From: Magnetospirillum sp. 15-1
Lineage (GTDB): Bacteria; Pseudomonadota; Alphaproteobacteria; Rhodospirillales; Magnetospirillaceae
Direction: 5' to 3'
NCBI RefSeq assembly: GCF_900184795.1
Contig: NZ_FXXN01000026.1
Coordinates: 314,064-378,063 of the forward strand
Length of the DNA stretch: 64,000 nucleotides
Shown here: in pieces, positions 25,181-37,172 of the stretch
Layout: every line of letters starts with the position of its first letter
Position numbering within the stretch: position 1 is the first letter of the stretch
Notes under the pieces: model-generated
Told to the model about the DNA's origin: nothing
The model's input: only the letters and a program-made list of their open reading frames with translations
Database searches by the model: none
Program-made: the position numbers and the translations under genes

Positions 25181-25439
25181 CGTAGGTGAACCATTCGGCG
25201 CGCCAGCCCTGTGCTCCCCCGTGGAACAAGGCCCGGATTTTCGCTGCATAACCCAGGGTACCCAATAGCAGGATTGATCTTCTATCTGTCAAGGGAGGTT
25301 GTGTCTCCCGGCCGATAATCGCCGCCTGGATGAAGTGGGCCGGCTTGCTACCGGTCGTTAGGGGGGCATCTGTCGTTTCCTTGCGTCGAGCCGCTCCATC
25401 GCCGGAGGGTGTATGACCCGCTATATCCCATGTGACGTC

Positions 25440-25600
25440 ATCGGTCTGGGCGGGTGCGTGGCCCGCCCCTGGACCGTCTCGACCGCCAGATGGGCCTGGA
25501 TCTGTACCGTCTTGCCCAGCCCCATGTCGTCGGCGAGGATGCCGCCCAGTTTCACCTCGCGCAGAAAGGGAAGTCGCGGACCAGGACAATATTGGCGGCG
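25440..25600 (-). pseudogene. Short remnant of an SNF2-family helicase gene (motif I only)
   Basis: The minus-strand translation of 25502..25537 reads [12 protein letters not shown], the near-invariant SNF2/SWI2 ATPase motif I. Stops surround it and there is no room for the other helicase motifs. Interpreted as a gene fragment. Confidence 0.35.
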
Positions 25601-25680
25601 GCCAGAGGCGGCGCGGACATAAGTGCGGCAGCCATGCCCGGAGCCCGGATTGATCCTCTATTAAGACCACAGTGAGTTTC

Positions 25681-25840
25681 TTCCCTGATCGAATTGAGAC
25701 AATTCCGTGTTCGGTGCGCCAGGGAATTTCGCCGTATCCCGGCGGCTCCTGCCACTGACAGGGCGGGAAAGGTACCGCGGAGCCTATTCGCGGTGGGAAA
25801 TTCCCTGCACTTTCCCAGCACTTCAGGGAATTGACGCCAG
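25681..25840. repeat. Cluster of GGAA(A)TTCC-type palindromic motifs: GAATTG-N3-CAATTC at 25691-25705; GGGAATTTC at 25722-25730; a perfect 11-bp palindrome GGGAAATTCCC at 25795-25805; AGGGAATT at 25825-25832
   Basis: Direct reading of the sequence. Lies in an 800-bp non-coding stretch between the BGC and the metal-efflux genes. Confidence 0.4.
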
Positions 25841-26060
25841 AGACCGGTTCGCTCCAGACTGCCCCCTCCGCCACTTCATCTTCATGACATCCCATTCTCC
25901 GAGACCTTGCGCCGAAAGGCGCGGGGTTCCGGCGGTTGCTGCCTTTCTTTCCGAACCGGAGAGACGGGGTCCTGACAGCAACATGAAAAACCGTTCATTT
26001 GCCCCAGGGGTCATGCCATGCTATCCGCCACTCCTGGTTATGGCTCAAGGAAGCCCCTAG

Positions 26061-26474
26061 GTGACCCGTCTGATCTTCACCCGTCCGGCTCGGAAGCTGG
26101 CTGCGCTGCTCAGCCTGCTGATGATCCTGCTTGGCGGACCGACGGGCGGCGCCTTCGCCTTGTGCCTGGGCGGCGACGGCCATCTGGCTATCGAGGCGAT
26201 TCAGACCGGTGGCCATGACCATGGGGCGATGCCCGGCGTCGCGGTCGACCACTCAGCCATATCCGCCGACTGCGTCGATATTCCGCTGGTCCAGGCCGCT
26301 CCGGCGATCAGCAAGAAGCAAGTCATTGCCGGTTTCGACATCGCCCTGCCGGCGGCCTTTCCGGCGTGGAGCGAGCCGCCTACGGCCGAAGCCCCCCGCC
26401 CCGCCCTGCCGGCGGTGGAACCCGCGCTCGACCCGCGCCTGGTTTCCCACCGCACGGTCGTTCTTCTGAACTAG
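26061..26474 (+). CDS. Hypothetical secreted protein (signal peptide, His-rich HDHGAMPG segment)
   Basis: 137-aa ORF with a GTG start. N-terminal hydrophobic signal-like segment KLAALLSLLMILLGG. No family recognised. Upstream of the czc-type operon. Confidence 0.35.
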   Translation: MTRLIFTRPARKLAALLSLLMILLGGPTGGAFALCLGGDGHLAIEAIQTGGHDHGAMPGVAVDHSAISADCVDIPLVQAAPAISKKQVIAGFDIALPAAFPAWSEPPTAEAPRPALPAVEPALDPRLVSHRTVVLLN

Positions 26475-26539
26475 CCGCTACTTCCGACAGATCCTTTTCG
26501 TGCCTGTCCGTCGCCTTTCCGGTGACGGAGGAAACCCGA

Positions 26540-27019
26540 ATGCTGTTCCGGGAGAACATTTCCATGAATCCCCATATCCTGATCATCGCCCTGATGGCGG
26601 TGGGCCTGTCGGCCTGCGCCTCCACCCCCAGCGTCCCCCTGGCCAAGCGTCTGGAGGGCAAGACGCCGGATGAGCGCCAGGAAACCCTGCGCCGCGCCTG
26701 CCTGACCGAGGCCGACTGGAACCTCGACCAGACCGCCGCGCGGATGCCGGCCAAGGCTCAACACCGCTACCGCGATTCCAACACCACCCGCGAAACCAGT
26801 CACCTGAAGGAACTGTGCCGCGAGATGGCCGACCTGCCCGCCATCGCCGGGCGCTCTCCCATCGAAACGAAGCGCAGGGCCGATCTGGCCGAGAAGTGCC
26901 GACGGGAAACCGACGACCACCTCGACCCCCGCAGCAAGGAAAGCGCCGCCCACATGGTCCGGGTGCAGGAGATCTGCGAGGCCATGACCGGCTTTGACCT
27001 TCCCACCCAGGCGAACTGA
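26540..27019 (+). CDS. Hypothetical lipoprotein
   Basis: Start at MLFRENISMNPHILIIALMAVGLSACAST, with a lipobox (LSAC). About 159 aa, charged and Cys-containing. Confidence 0.45.
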   Translation: MLFRENISMNPHILIIALMAVGLSACASTPSVPLAKRLEGKTPDERQETLRRACLTEADWNLDQTAARMPAKAQHRYRDSNTTRETSHLKELCREMADLPAIAGRSPIETKRRADLAEKCRRETDDHLDPRSKESAAHMVRVQEICEAMTGFDLPTQAN

Positions 27020-27094
27020 GGCCTTCCGGCCGGCATTCGCGTGCCGGCCGGTCAAGCGCCCCGTCACCGGGCATCCCCGACAGGAGATCACGCC

Positions 27095-27349
27095 ATGTCC
27101 CGTTCCATCACCATTGCCGCTCTCGCCTCGCTGCTGCTGGCCGCGCCCGCCTGGGCCGGTTCGTCCTGCGATCAGTTGCCCGAACTGCGTCAGTCCCTGA
27201 AGCAGTTCCACGGCAAGCCCGCCGACCGCGACCGCGCCAAGTGGCAGATCGAGAGCGCCGAAAAGCTGTGCAAGGACGGCAAGGAGGCCGAGGCCAAGAA
27301 TTACGTCGATCTTGCCCACGGCCTGCTGCTCAAGGACCACAAGCATTGA
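27095..27349 (+). CDS. Small periplasmic protein (about 84 aa) with signal peptide
   Basis: MSRSITIAALASLLLAAPAWA signal peptide and two Cys. The stop overlaps the TTG start of the downstream outer-membrane factor. Confidence 0.4.
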   Translation: MSRSITIAALASLLLAAPAWAGSSCDQLPELRQSLKQFHGKPADRDRAKWQIESAEKLCKDGKEAEAKNYVDLAHGLLLKDHKH

Positions 27350-28593
27350 GGGCCGCGACGATCCGCTGGGCCGGACCATCGCTGCTGGCGGCGGCCCTGG
27401 CCTTCGCCGTCCCGGTTAGGGCCGAGCCCGCCCACCTCGACGAACAGGCGGCCGTCGCCGCCGCCCGGGGGCGCGGTGAGCTGCGCGACGCCACCGAAGG
27501 GACTCTGGACGCCGCCCGCGCCGAGGCCGACGAAGCCGGGCTGTGGCCCAACCCCACCTTCGAGTATGAACGCGACCGCACCAAGGAAACGGGAGGCGCC
27601 GCCATCCAGGACACCTACCGCCTGTCCCAGCCGGTGGACATTTCGGGTCGCCGCTTCCTGCGCCAGGATGCGGCGCTCCGCCGTGCCGACGCCGCCCAGG
27701 CCGATGGGCGCCAGCGCCTGGTGGAGGCCGGGGCCGAAGCCCGCCGGCTGTTCCACACCGTGCTGATGCGCACCCAGGCCCTGGGCGCGGCGCAAGGCTG
27801 GGCCACCCGCCTGGGCGAGGCGGAAACCGTACTGACCAGGCTGCGCCAGGGGCGCGAGGTCTCGGGCTACGATGCCCGGCGGCTGTCGCGCGAGAAGCTG
27901 GCCGCTGACGCCAAGGTCCGTGCCATGGGAGCCGATCTGGCCGAATCGTGGGAGCGCCTGCGGGTAGTGATGGGCCTGCCGGCCGGCAGTCCCATGCCCC
28001 GCCTCGAGGGCAAGCTTCTGCCGCCGCCGCCCTTGGGTCTGGACGACCTGATGAGCCATTTGGAGAGCCGGCCGGACCTCCAGGGGTTGCGGTCCAAAAT
28101 CGCCGCCTCCGACCTGGAGCGGCGCGCCGCCGACCGGGGCTGGATTCCCGAGGTAACCGTGGGCGCCGGCCTCAAGCAGGTGGACCGCCCCGAAAGCCGC
28201 GACCAGGGCGTTCTGCTCACCGTCTCGGCGCCCCTGCCTCTGTTTGACCGGGGACAGGCCACCACCCGCAAGGCCGAAGCCCAGACGCGGGCCTCCAGCG
28301 CCGATCTGGCCCTGGCCCGCGCCAAGGCCGAAGGCGAGGTTCGCGGATTGTGGCGCCGCACCACAGAACTGCGCGCCACCGCGCTCAAATTCCGCGAGAG
28401 CGCCGTGGCGCCGTCGAAGGAACTGGCGCGCATCGCCCAGGCCGCCTACCGGGCCGGCGAGATGAACGTGCTGGAGCTGCTCGACGCCCACAAGGCCCTG
28501 TGGGAAGCCGAAGCCACCGCTCTCGAACTGGAATTCGGCGCCCGCGAGGCCCATTCCGACCTTATTCTCGCCGCCGGAGAGCCCAATCCATGA
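27346..28593 (+). CDS. czcC: Outer-membrane efflux protein (TolC/CzcC family) of the heavy-metal RND system
   Basis: The ORF frame carries a signal peptide (LRAATIRWAGPSLLAAALAFAVPVRA) that is only reachable from a TTG start at 27346. OEP-family repeats. The stop overlaps the MFP start (ATGA). Confidence 0.7.
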   Translation: MRAATIRWAGPSLLAAALAFAVPVRAEPAHLDEQAAVAAARGRGELRDATEGTLDAARAEADEAGLWPNPTFEYERDRTKETGGAAIQDTYRLSQPVDISGRRFLRQDAALRRADAAQADGRQRLVEAGAEARRLFHTVLMRTQALGAAQGWATRLGEAETVLTRLRQGREVSGYDARRLSREKLAADAKVRAMGADLAESWERLRVVMGLPAGSPMPRLEGKLLPPPPLGLDDLMSHLESRPDLQGLRSKIAASDLERRAADRGWIPEVTVGAGLKQVDRPESRDQGVLLTVSAPLPLFDRGQATTRKAEAQTRASSADLALARAKAEGEVRGLWRRTTELRATALKFRESAVAPSKELARIAQAAYRAGEMNVLELLDAHKALWEAEATALELEFGAREAHSDLILAAGEPNP

Positions 28594-30173
28594 GAAAGCT
28601 GATCATCGCCCTGGCCACCGGCACCATCTTAGGCGGCGGCGGCGTCTATGCGACCCTGTCCCGTCCCCCGGCCGCCGCGAAGGCGGCCCATGCCGAGGAA
28701 GCCCATTCCCCCGCCGGCGAGCATGCCCATGCCGAGGAGCGCCAATCCTCGACCACCTTTACCGCCGGCACCGAGCTGTTCATGGAACACCCGGTGCCGG
28801 TGGCGGGCGAGGCCGGCGATTTCGTCCTGCACCTCACCCGTCTTGCCGATTTCAAGCCGGCGAGCGGCGCAGAGGTGACGCTGACCCTGTCGGGCGGCGG
28901 CCAGCCCGAGGAAACCTTCCCCGCCATGGCCGACCAGCCCGGCATCTACCGCGCCCTGGTGGTCCCCAAGATCTCCGGCGAGCGCAAGCTGACCGTCACC
29001 TTCAAGGATGGCGACGGCACCGACCGCCACGACATCGGGCAGTTCCGCGTCCACGCCGATGATGCCGCCGCCACGGCGGCCATGGACGAGGCCGGACACG
29101 CCGAGGCCACCGGCAGGATCACCCTGACCAAGGAGGTGCAGTGGAAGATCGGCTTCGCCACCGCCGAAGTGCGATCCCGGCTGATGCGCGATTCGGTGGC
29201 CGCAACCGGCACCATCCGGGCGCGAGCCTCGGACGAGGCGATCATCGCGGCGCCGGGGGCGGGCGTCCTGGCCCCTTCGCCCGATTTCCCGCGTATCGGT
29301 CAGAGCGTCGAGAAGGGTCAGGTGCTGGCGTGGCTGGTGCCGCAACTGGGCGGCGAGACCGATTCCGCCACCCTGGAACTGGGAACCCGCAAGGCCCGCC
29401 TCGCCCTGGATCTGGCATCCCAGGAACGCCATCGCCTGGAAGGGCTGCTGGCCCTGGAAGCCGTCCCGGAGCGCCGGCTGATCGAAGCCCGCAACCAGGA
29501 GGCCACGGCACGCGCCGAACTGGAGGCCGCCAACCGGCGTTCCGCCCCCTATCAGGGCGCCAAGGGCGGCATCGCGCTCCGTGCTCCGGTATCGGGCCGC
29601 GTCGCCGCCGTCAACACCCAGCCGGGGGGCGCCGTCGGACAGGGGCAGGTCCTGTTCCATGTGGCCGGCCTCGCCAAGCTGTGGCTGGAGGCGCAGATCC
29701 CCGAATCCCAGGTGGGACGGGTGCGCGCCCCCTCGGGGGCCTGGTTCACCGCCGACGGTCATGACGGCGCCCATGTGATCGAACAGGGGCGCAACGGTCG
29801 CCTGATCGCGCTGGGCGGCGTGGTGGACAAGGAGAGCCGCACCGTCCCCGCTTTGTTCGAGTTCGACAATCCCGACGAACGGTTCCGCATCGGCATGTAT
29901 GCCCAGACTCGCGTCTTCACCGGAGCGGGCGAGGAACTGCCGGCCGTTCCCGCCTCCGCCGTGGTCGACGACAACGGCCAGCCGGTGGTGTTCGTCCAGA
30001 GCGCGGGCGAATCCTTCGAGCGCCGGCCGGTGATCCCCGGCATGCGCGACGGCGATCTGGTCGCCATCCGGGACGGCGTAAAGCCGGGCGAGCGGGTGGT
30101 GTCCAAGGGCGTCTATCAGGTGAAGCTGGCGGCCTCGGCTCCGGCCCAGCTGTCCCACGGCCACGCGCACTGA
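28590..30173 (+). CDS. czcB: RND efflux membrane fusion protein (CzcB/CusB family) with His-rich N- and C-termini
   Basis: Start MRKLIIALATG (ATG 28590 overlaps the czcC stop). His-rich AHAEEAHSPAGEHAHAEE and C-terminal SHGHAH. Beta-barrel/lipoyl HlyD-like core. Confidence 0.8.
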   Translation: MRKLIIALATGTILGGGGVYATLSRPPAAAKAAHAEEAHSPAGEHAHAEERQSSTTFTAGTELFMEHPVPVAGEAGDFVLHLTRLADFKPASGAEVTLTLSGGGQPEETFPAMADQPGIYRALVVPKISGERKLTVTFKDGDGTDRHDIGQFRVHADDAAATAAMDEAGHAEATGRITLTKEVQWKIGFATAEVRSRLMRDSVAATGTIRARASDEAIIAAPGAGVLAPSPDFPRIGQSVEKGQVLAWLVPQLGGETDSATLELGTRKARLALDLASQERHRLEGLLALEAVPERRLIEARNQEATARAELEAANRRSAPYQGAKGGIALRAPVSGRVAAVNTQPGGAVGQGQVLFHVAGLAKLWLEAQIPESQVGRVRAPSGAWFTADGHDGAHVIEQGRNGRLIALGGVVDKESRTVPALFEFDNPDERFRIGMYAQTRVFTGAGEELPAVPASAVVDDNGQPVVFVQSAGESFERRPVIPGMRDGDLVAIRDGVKPGERVVSKGVYQVKLAASAPAQLSHGHAH

Positions 30174-30186
30174 GGAGAACCATCCG

Positions 30187-33318
<3,132 letters not shown>

Positions 33319-33913
33319 GGAGGTGGGAATGATCCGGTAATCCGCCGCCGGCCTTCTTTGTGCCGTCCTGCTGTCGTCGCCGGTCTCGGCACGGCGGCAG
33401 GTGGCCGGCCCTATATCATCCATATCCGCTCGAAAGCGGCATTGATCGATTACGCTCGCCCCCATCCGTAAGCCGCTGCGGCCGCACTGATCCCGGTCGC
33501 CATTCGGAAAACCCAAATACCCCTGCAGGTTTTCTCGATTTCTGTGTGATTTTTCGGCTGCTATGGTTTGGTGCCGCGAAAATTAACATCATAACACAGA
33601 ACGCGGTTAAGCCGTTGCCGTCGCCCGACGGTCTGCGGCGGGGAGGACCGGGCCTTTCGTCATACCAACGCGCCAGAACCGGCGCGGCCAGCATCGCCAT
33701 TGCCACGGGCCACCCCGTCCCAGCCGTCGAGGCCGAGAGGGGGATTTGAGTGGATATGTTTCTCGACTACGCCACCCCGGCCTGGCTAGGGACGGCGGCG
33801 GTATCGATGGGAGGGCTCGCCGCCTGGCTGGCCGCGCGACTGCGCGCCAGGGAGCGTCATTTCACCTCGCTGGACCGCGCGCTCGCCCCGAACCTGTCCG
33901 AAGGATTGGCCGC

Positions 33914-34813
33914 ATGATCTCGCGCAAGTACACCTATCTGATCGCCCTGGCCAAGGAGAAGCACTTCGGGCGGGCGGCGGCGGTCTGCAACGTCTCGCCC
34001 TCCACGCTGTCGGCGGCCATCCGCGACCTGGAGGCAGAACTGGGCGTGGCGGTGGTCGAGCGCGGCCAGCACTTCACCGGACTGACGCCCGAAGGCCTGT
34101 GCGTGGTGCGCTATGCCCAGCGGATGGTGGCCAGCGCCAACGACCTGAAGCAGGAACTGGCGCAATCCCGCGACGCCCTCAGCGGCCGCCTGCGCCTGGG
34201 CGTCATCCCCACGGCCCTGACGGTGGTCGCCACCCTGACCGCATCGTTCTCGCGCTCGCACCCGCTGGTCACCATCGAGGTCCTGTCCCTGCCCACCCCG
34301 CAAATCCTGTCGCGGCTGCGCAGCTTCGAACTGGATGGCGGCATCGTCTACCAGGAATCGGGGCAAAGCCCCGACCTGCGGATGACGCCCCTGTGGCAGG
34401 AGAACCATGTGCTGATCACCGGCTCGACAAGCCTGTTCGAGGGACGCGGCGCCGTCACCTGGGAGGAGGCCGCCCAGACGCCGCTCTGCCTGCTGACGCC
34501 CGACATGCAGAACCGCAAGACCATCGACGGCGTGTTCGAGCAATTGGGTCATCACCCCAAGCCCAGCATGGAGACCAATTCCATCGTCAGCATCCTGGCC
34601 CATGTCTGTTCCGGCCACTGGGTCAGCATCGTGCCGAGATGCGTCCTGGAACTGATCGGCGTTCCCCAGGGCATGCGGGTCCTCGACCTGATCGATCCGA
34701 ACGTGTCGTGGTCGGTCGGCCTGGTGTCCCTGGCCCGAGATCCAGAGCCGCCCATGATCAAGTCACTGATTGCGGAAGCAAAGAGCATCGACGACATGTT
34801 CGGAAATACCTAA
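33914..34813 (+). CDS. LysR-family transcriptional regulator
   Basis: Start MISRKYTYLIALAKEKHFGRAAAVCNVSPSTLSAAIRDLEAELGV (LysR HTH), followed by a LysR substrate-binding domain. About 299 aa. Confidence 0.8.
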   Translation: MISRKYTYLIALAKEKHFGRAAAVCNVSPSTLSAAIRDLEAELGVAVVERGQHFTGLTPEGLCVVRYAQRMVASANDLKQELAQSRDALSGRLRLGVIPTALTVVATLTASFSRSHPLVTIEVLSLPTPQILSRLRSFELDGGIVYQESGQSPDLRMTPLWQENHVLITGSTSLFEGRGAVTWEEAAQTPLCLLTPDMQNRKTIDGVFEQLGHHPKPSMETNSIVSILAHVCSGHWVSIVPRCVLELIGVPQGMRVLDLIDPNVSWSVGLVSLARDPEPPMIKSLIAEAKSIDDMFGNT

Positions 34814-34908
34814 CGATCGTTCGGATTTTCTTGATGTAAAAAACACGTAGCCTGCAATATATCTCTATAAGAGGAAAATAGTTCAACATACGAATACCAT
34901 AATAAATA

Positions 34909-34934
34909 ATTCCACACGGCATACAATCTGTGGA
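34909..34934 (+). promoter_or_regulatory. Inverted repeat TTCCACA-N12-TGTGGAA in the AT-rich region upstream of the OFA-family transporter gene. Candidate operator (possibly for the adjacent LysR regulator).
   Basis: Read from the sequence. 7-bp perfect arms. Lies 21 nt upstream of the ATG at 34955. Confidence 0.35.
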
Positions 34935-34954
34935 AAAACACTTGGGAGGTTAAA

Positions 34955-36607
34955 ATGAGCGCAACCGCTATTGCTGCGCCGCTAGGACTCCTGGCGCGCG
35001 AGCACACCGTGGCACGACCAGGATTCAATCGGTGGCTGGTGCCGCCGGCCGCACTGGCCATCCACCTGTGCATCGGCATGGCCTACGGTTTCTCGGTATT
35101 CTGGCTGCCGCTGTCGCGCGCAGTCGGCATCACCGAGCCGCTGGCCTGCCCCAAGGATATGAGCTTTCTCCAGGAGATCGTCGCCACCGGCTGCGACTGG
35201 AAGATCTCGATGCTGGGCTGGATGTATACCCTGTTCTTCGTCTTCCTCGGCTCGTCGGCCGCCATCTGGGGCGGCTGGCTGGAGAAGGCCGGGCCGCGCA
35301 AGGCCGGCGTGGTCTCCGCCCTGTGCTGGTGCGGCGGCCTTCTGATCTCGGCGCTGGGGGTCGCCACCCACCAGATCTGGATGCTGTGGCTGGGTTCGGG
35401 CGTGATCGGCGGCATCGGACTGGGGCTGGGATACATCTCGCCGGTATCGACCCTGATCAAGTGGTTCCCCGACCGCCGAGGCATGGCCACCGGCATGGCC
35501 ATCATGGGCTTTGGCGGCGGCGCGATGATCGGCGCCCCGCTGGCCGACCTGCTGATGAAGCACTACGCCACACCGACCTCGGTCGGCGTGTGGGAGACCT
35601 TCGTGACCATGGCGGCGATCTACTTCGTGTTCATGATGAGCGGCGCCCTGGGCTACCGCGTTCCGGCCGAGAACTGGAAGCCGGCCGGCTGGACACCGCC
35701 CGCCAATGCCGGCCGCAAGGCGATGATCACCGACAACCACGTCCACGTGAACGTCGCCTGGAAGACCCCGCAATTCTGGCTGGTCTGGTCGGTCCTGTGC
35801 CTCAACGTCACCGCCGGCATCGGCATCCTGGGCATGGCGTCGCCGCTGCTCCAGGAGGTGTTCGCCGGCAAGCTGATCGGCGTCGCGGCCACCTACAACG
35901 AACTGACCTCCGCCCAGAAAGGGCAGATCGCCGCCGTGGCCGCCGGCTTCACCGGCCTGTTGTCGCTGTTCAACATCGGCGGCCGGTTCGCCTGGGCCTC
36001 CTTCTCCGACAAGATCGGGCGCAAGGCCACCTACTACACCTTCTTCCTGCTGGGCTTCGTGCTCTACGCCTCTGTGCCGTTCGCCGCCAAGAGCGGCGCG
36101 CTGGCGCTGTTCGTCGGCACCTTCTGCATCATCTTGTCCATGTACGGCGGCGGCTTCGCCACCGTCCCCGCCTATCTGGCCGACATATTCGGCACCAAGA
36201 TGGTGGGCGCCATCCACGGCCGGCTGCTGACCGCCTGGTCGACGGCGGGCGTGCTGGGGCCGGTGCTGGTGAACTACATCCGGGAATACCAGCTCGAACA
36301 CGGGGTGGCCCGCGCCGAAGCCTATTCCATCACCATGTACATCCTGGCCGGGCTGCTGCTGGTCGGCTTCGCCTGCAACTGGCTGGTGACCACCGTCCAC
36401 GAGAAGTACCACATGAGTTCCGGTGAGATGGCCGAGGAGAAGAAGCTGGCCGATGACACCCACCAGCACTTCATCGAGGACGTCGCCGCCCTGGGGCACG
36501 AGGTCAGCCATTCGTGGAAGGTGGGCCTGGCCTGGGCGGCGGTGTGGATTCCGCTGGGCTGGGGCATCTGGATCACGCTGCAGAAGACGTTCCTGCTGTT
36601 CCGTTGA
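34955..36607 (+). CDS. MFS transporter of the oxalate/formate antiporter (OFA) family
   Basis: 550 aa with 12 TM helices and the OFA-family pattern (GGAMIGAPLADLL, FNIGGRFAWASFSDKIGRK). GGGAGG RBS 6 nt upstream. Immediately precedes the fds operon. Confidence 0.8.
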   Translation: MSATAIAAPLGLLAREHTVARPGFNRWLVPPAALAIHLCIGMAYGFSVFWLPLSRAVGITEPLACPKDMSFLQEIVATGCDWKISMLGWMYTLFFVFLGSSAAIWGGWLEKAGPRKAGVVSALCWCGGLLISALGVATHQIWMLWLGSGVIGGIGLGLGYISPVSTLIKWFPDRRGMATGMAIMGFGGGAMIGAPLADLLMKHYATPTSVGVWETFVTMAAIYFVFMMSGALGYRVPAENWKPAGWTPPANAGRKAMITDNHVHVNVAWKTPQFWLVWSVLCLNVTAGIGILGMASPLLQEVFAGKLIGVAATYNELTSAQKGQIAAVAAGFTGLLSLFNIGGRFAWASFSDKIGRKATYYTFFLLGFVLYASVPFAAKSGALALFVGTFCIILSMYGGGFATVPAYLADIFGTKMVGAIHGRLLTAWSTAGVLGPVLVNYIREYQLEHGVARAEAYSITMYILAGLLLVGFACNWLVTTVHEKYHMSSGEMAEEKKLADDTHQHFIEDVAALGHEVSHSWKVGLAWAAVWIPLGWGIWITLQKTFLLFR

Positions 36608-36689
36608 AGCCGGCCGCCGCGACCGGGGGGGGGCCTCCCCTCCGATCGCGGCGCCCCTTCCCCCCAGCTTCATCACCGAGGACCTTGCA

Positions 36690-37172
36690 TTGACCACGCA
36701 TCATTCACCGGACCTTGCCGCCGTCGACGCGATCGTCGATGAACTGAAGGCCGAGCCGGGGGCGCTTTTGCCCATCCTGCACGCCATCCAGGACCGGCTG
36801 GGGCATATCCCGGCCGGGGCCATTCCCGCCATCGCCACGGCCCTGAACCGTTCGGCGGCCGAAGTGCACGGCGTGGTCAGCTTCTACCATCATTTCCGCA
36901 CGGAACCGGCCGGCGCCTCGGTACTGCACCTCTGCCGGGCCGAGGCCTGCCAGGCGCGCGGCGCCGACGCCCTGGCCGAGCACGCCGCCGGAGTGCTGGG
37001 CTGCGGTTTCCACGAGACCACCGCCGACGGAGCCGTCACCCTGGAGGCCGCCTTCTGCCTAGGCCTGTGCGCCTCCGGACCGGCCGCCCTGGTGAACGGC
37101 GGCGAACCGCACGCCCGCCTTACTCCGGCCAGGCTTGACGCCCTGATCGCCGGCATGCGGGGTGCCCGATGA
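36690..37172 (+). CDS. fdsG: NAD-dependent formate dehydrogenase gamma subunit (NuoE-like 2Fe-2S)
   Basis: NuoE/FdsG motifs (LLPILHAIQDRLGHIP, CRAEACQARG, CLGLCASGPA). No in-frame ATG. Start assigned to TTG 36690, with a GAGGA RBS 7 nt upstream. The stop overlaps the fdsB start (ATGA). Confidence 0.7.
   Translation: MTTHHSPDLAAVDAIVDELKAEPGALLPILHAIQDRLGHIPAGAIPAIATALNRSAAEVHGVVSFYHHFRTEPAGASVLHLCRAEACQARGADALAEHAAGVLGCGFHETTADGAVTLEAAFCLGLCASGPAALVNGGEPHARLTPARLDALIAGMRGAR

Noticed and set aside
25795-25805. GGGAAATTCCC as a eukaryote-style kappaB site or CRISPR/attC-like repeat
   Set aside because: It is a single short palindrome with degenerate neighbours and no regular spacing. More plausibly a bacterial operator or an eroded element. 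Reported only as a repeat cluster.
23514-25895. 793-aa minus-strand ORF
   Set aside because: Off-frame/extended read-through overlapping the ABC exporter and the non-coding junction. No motifs.
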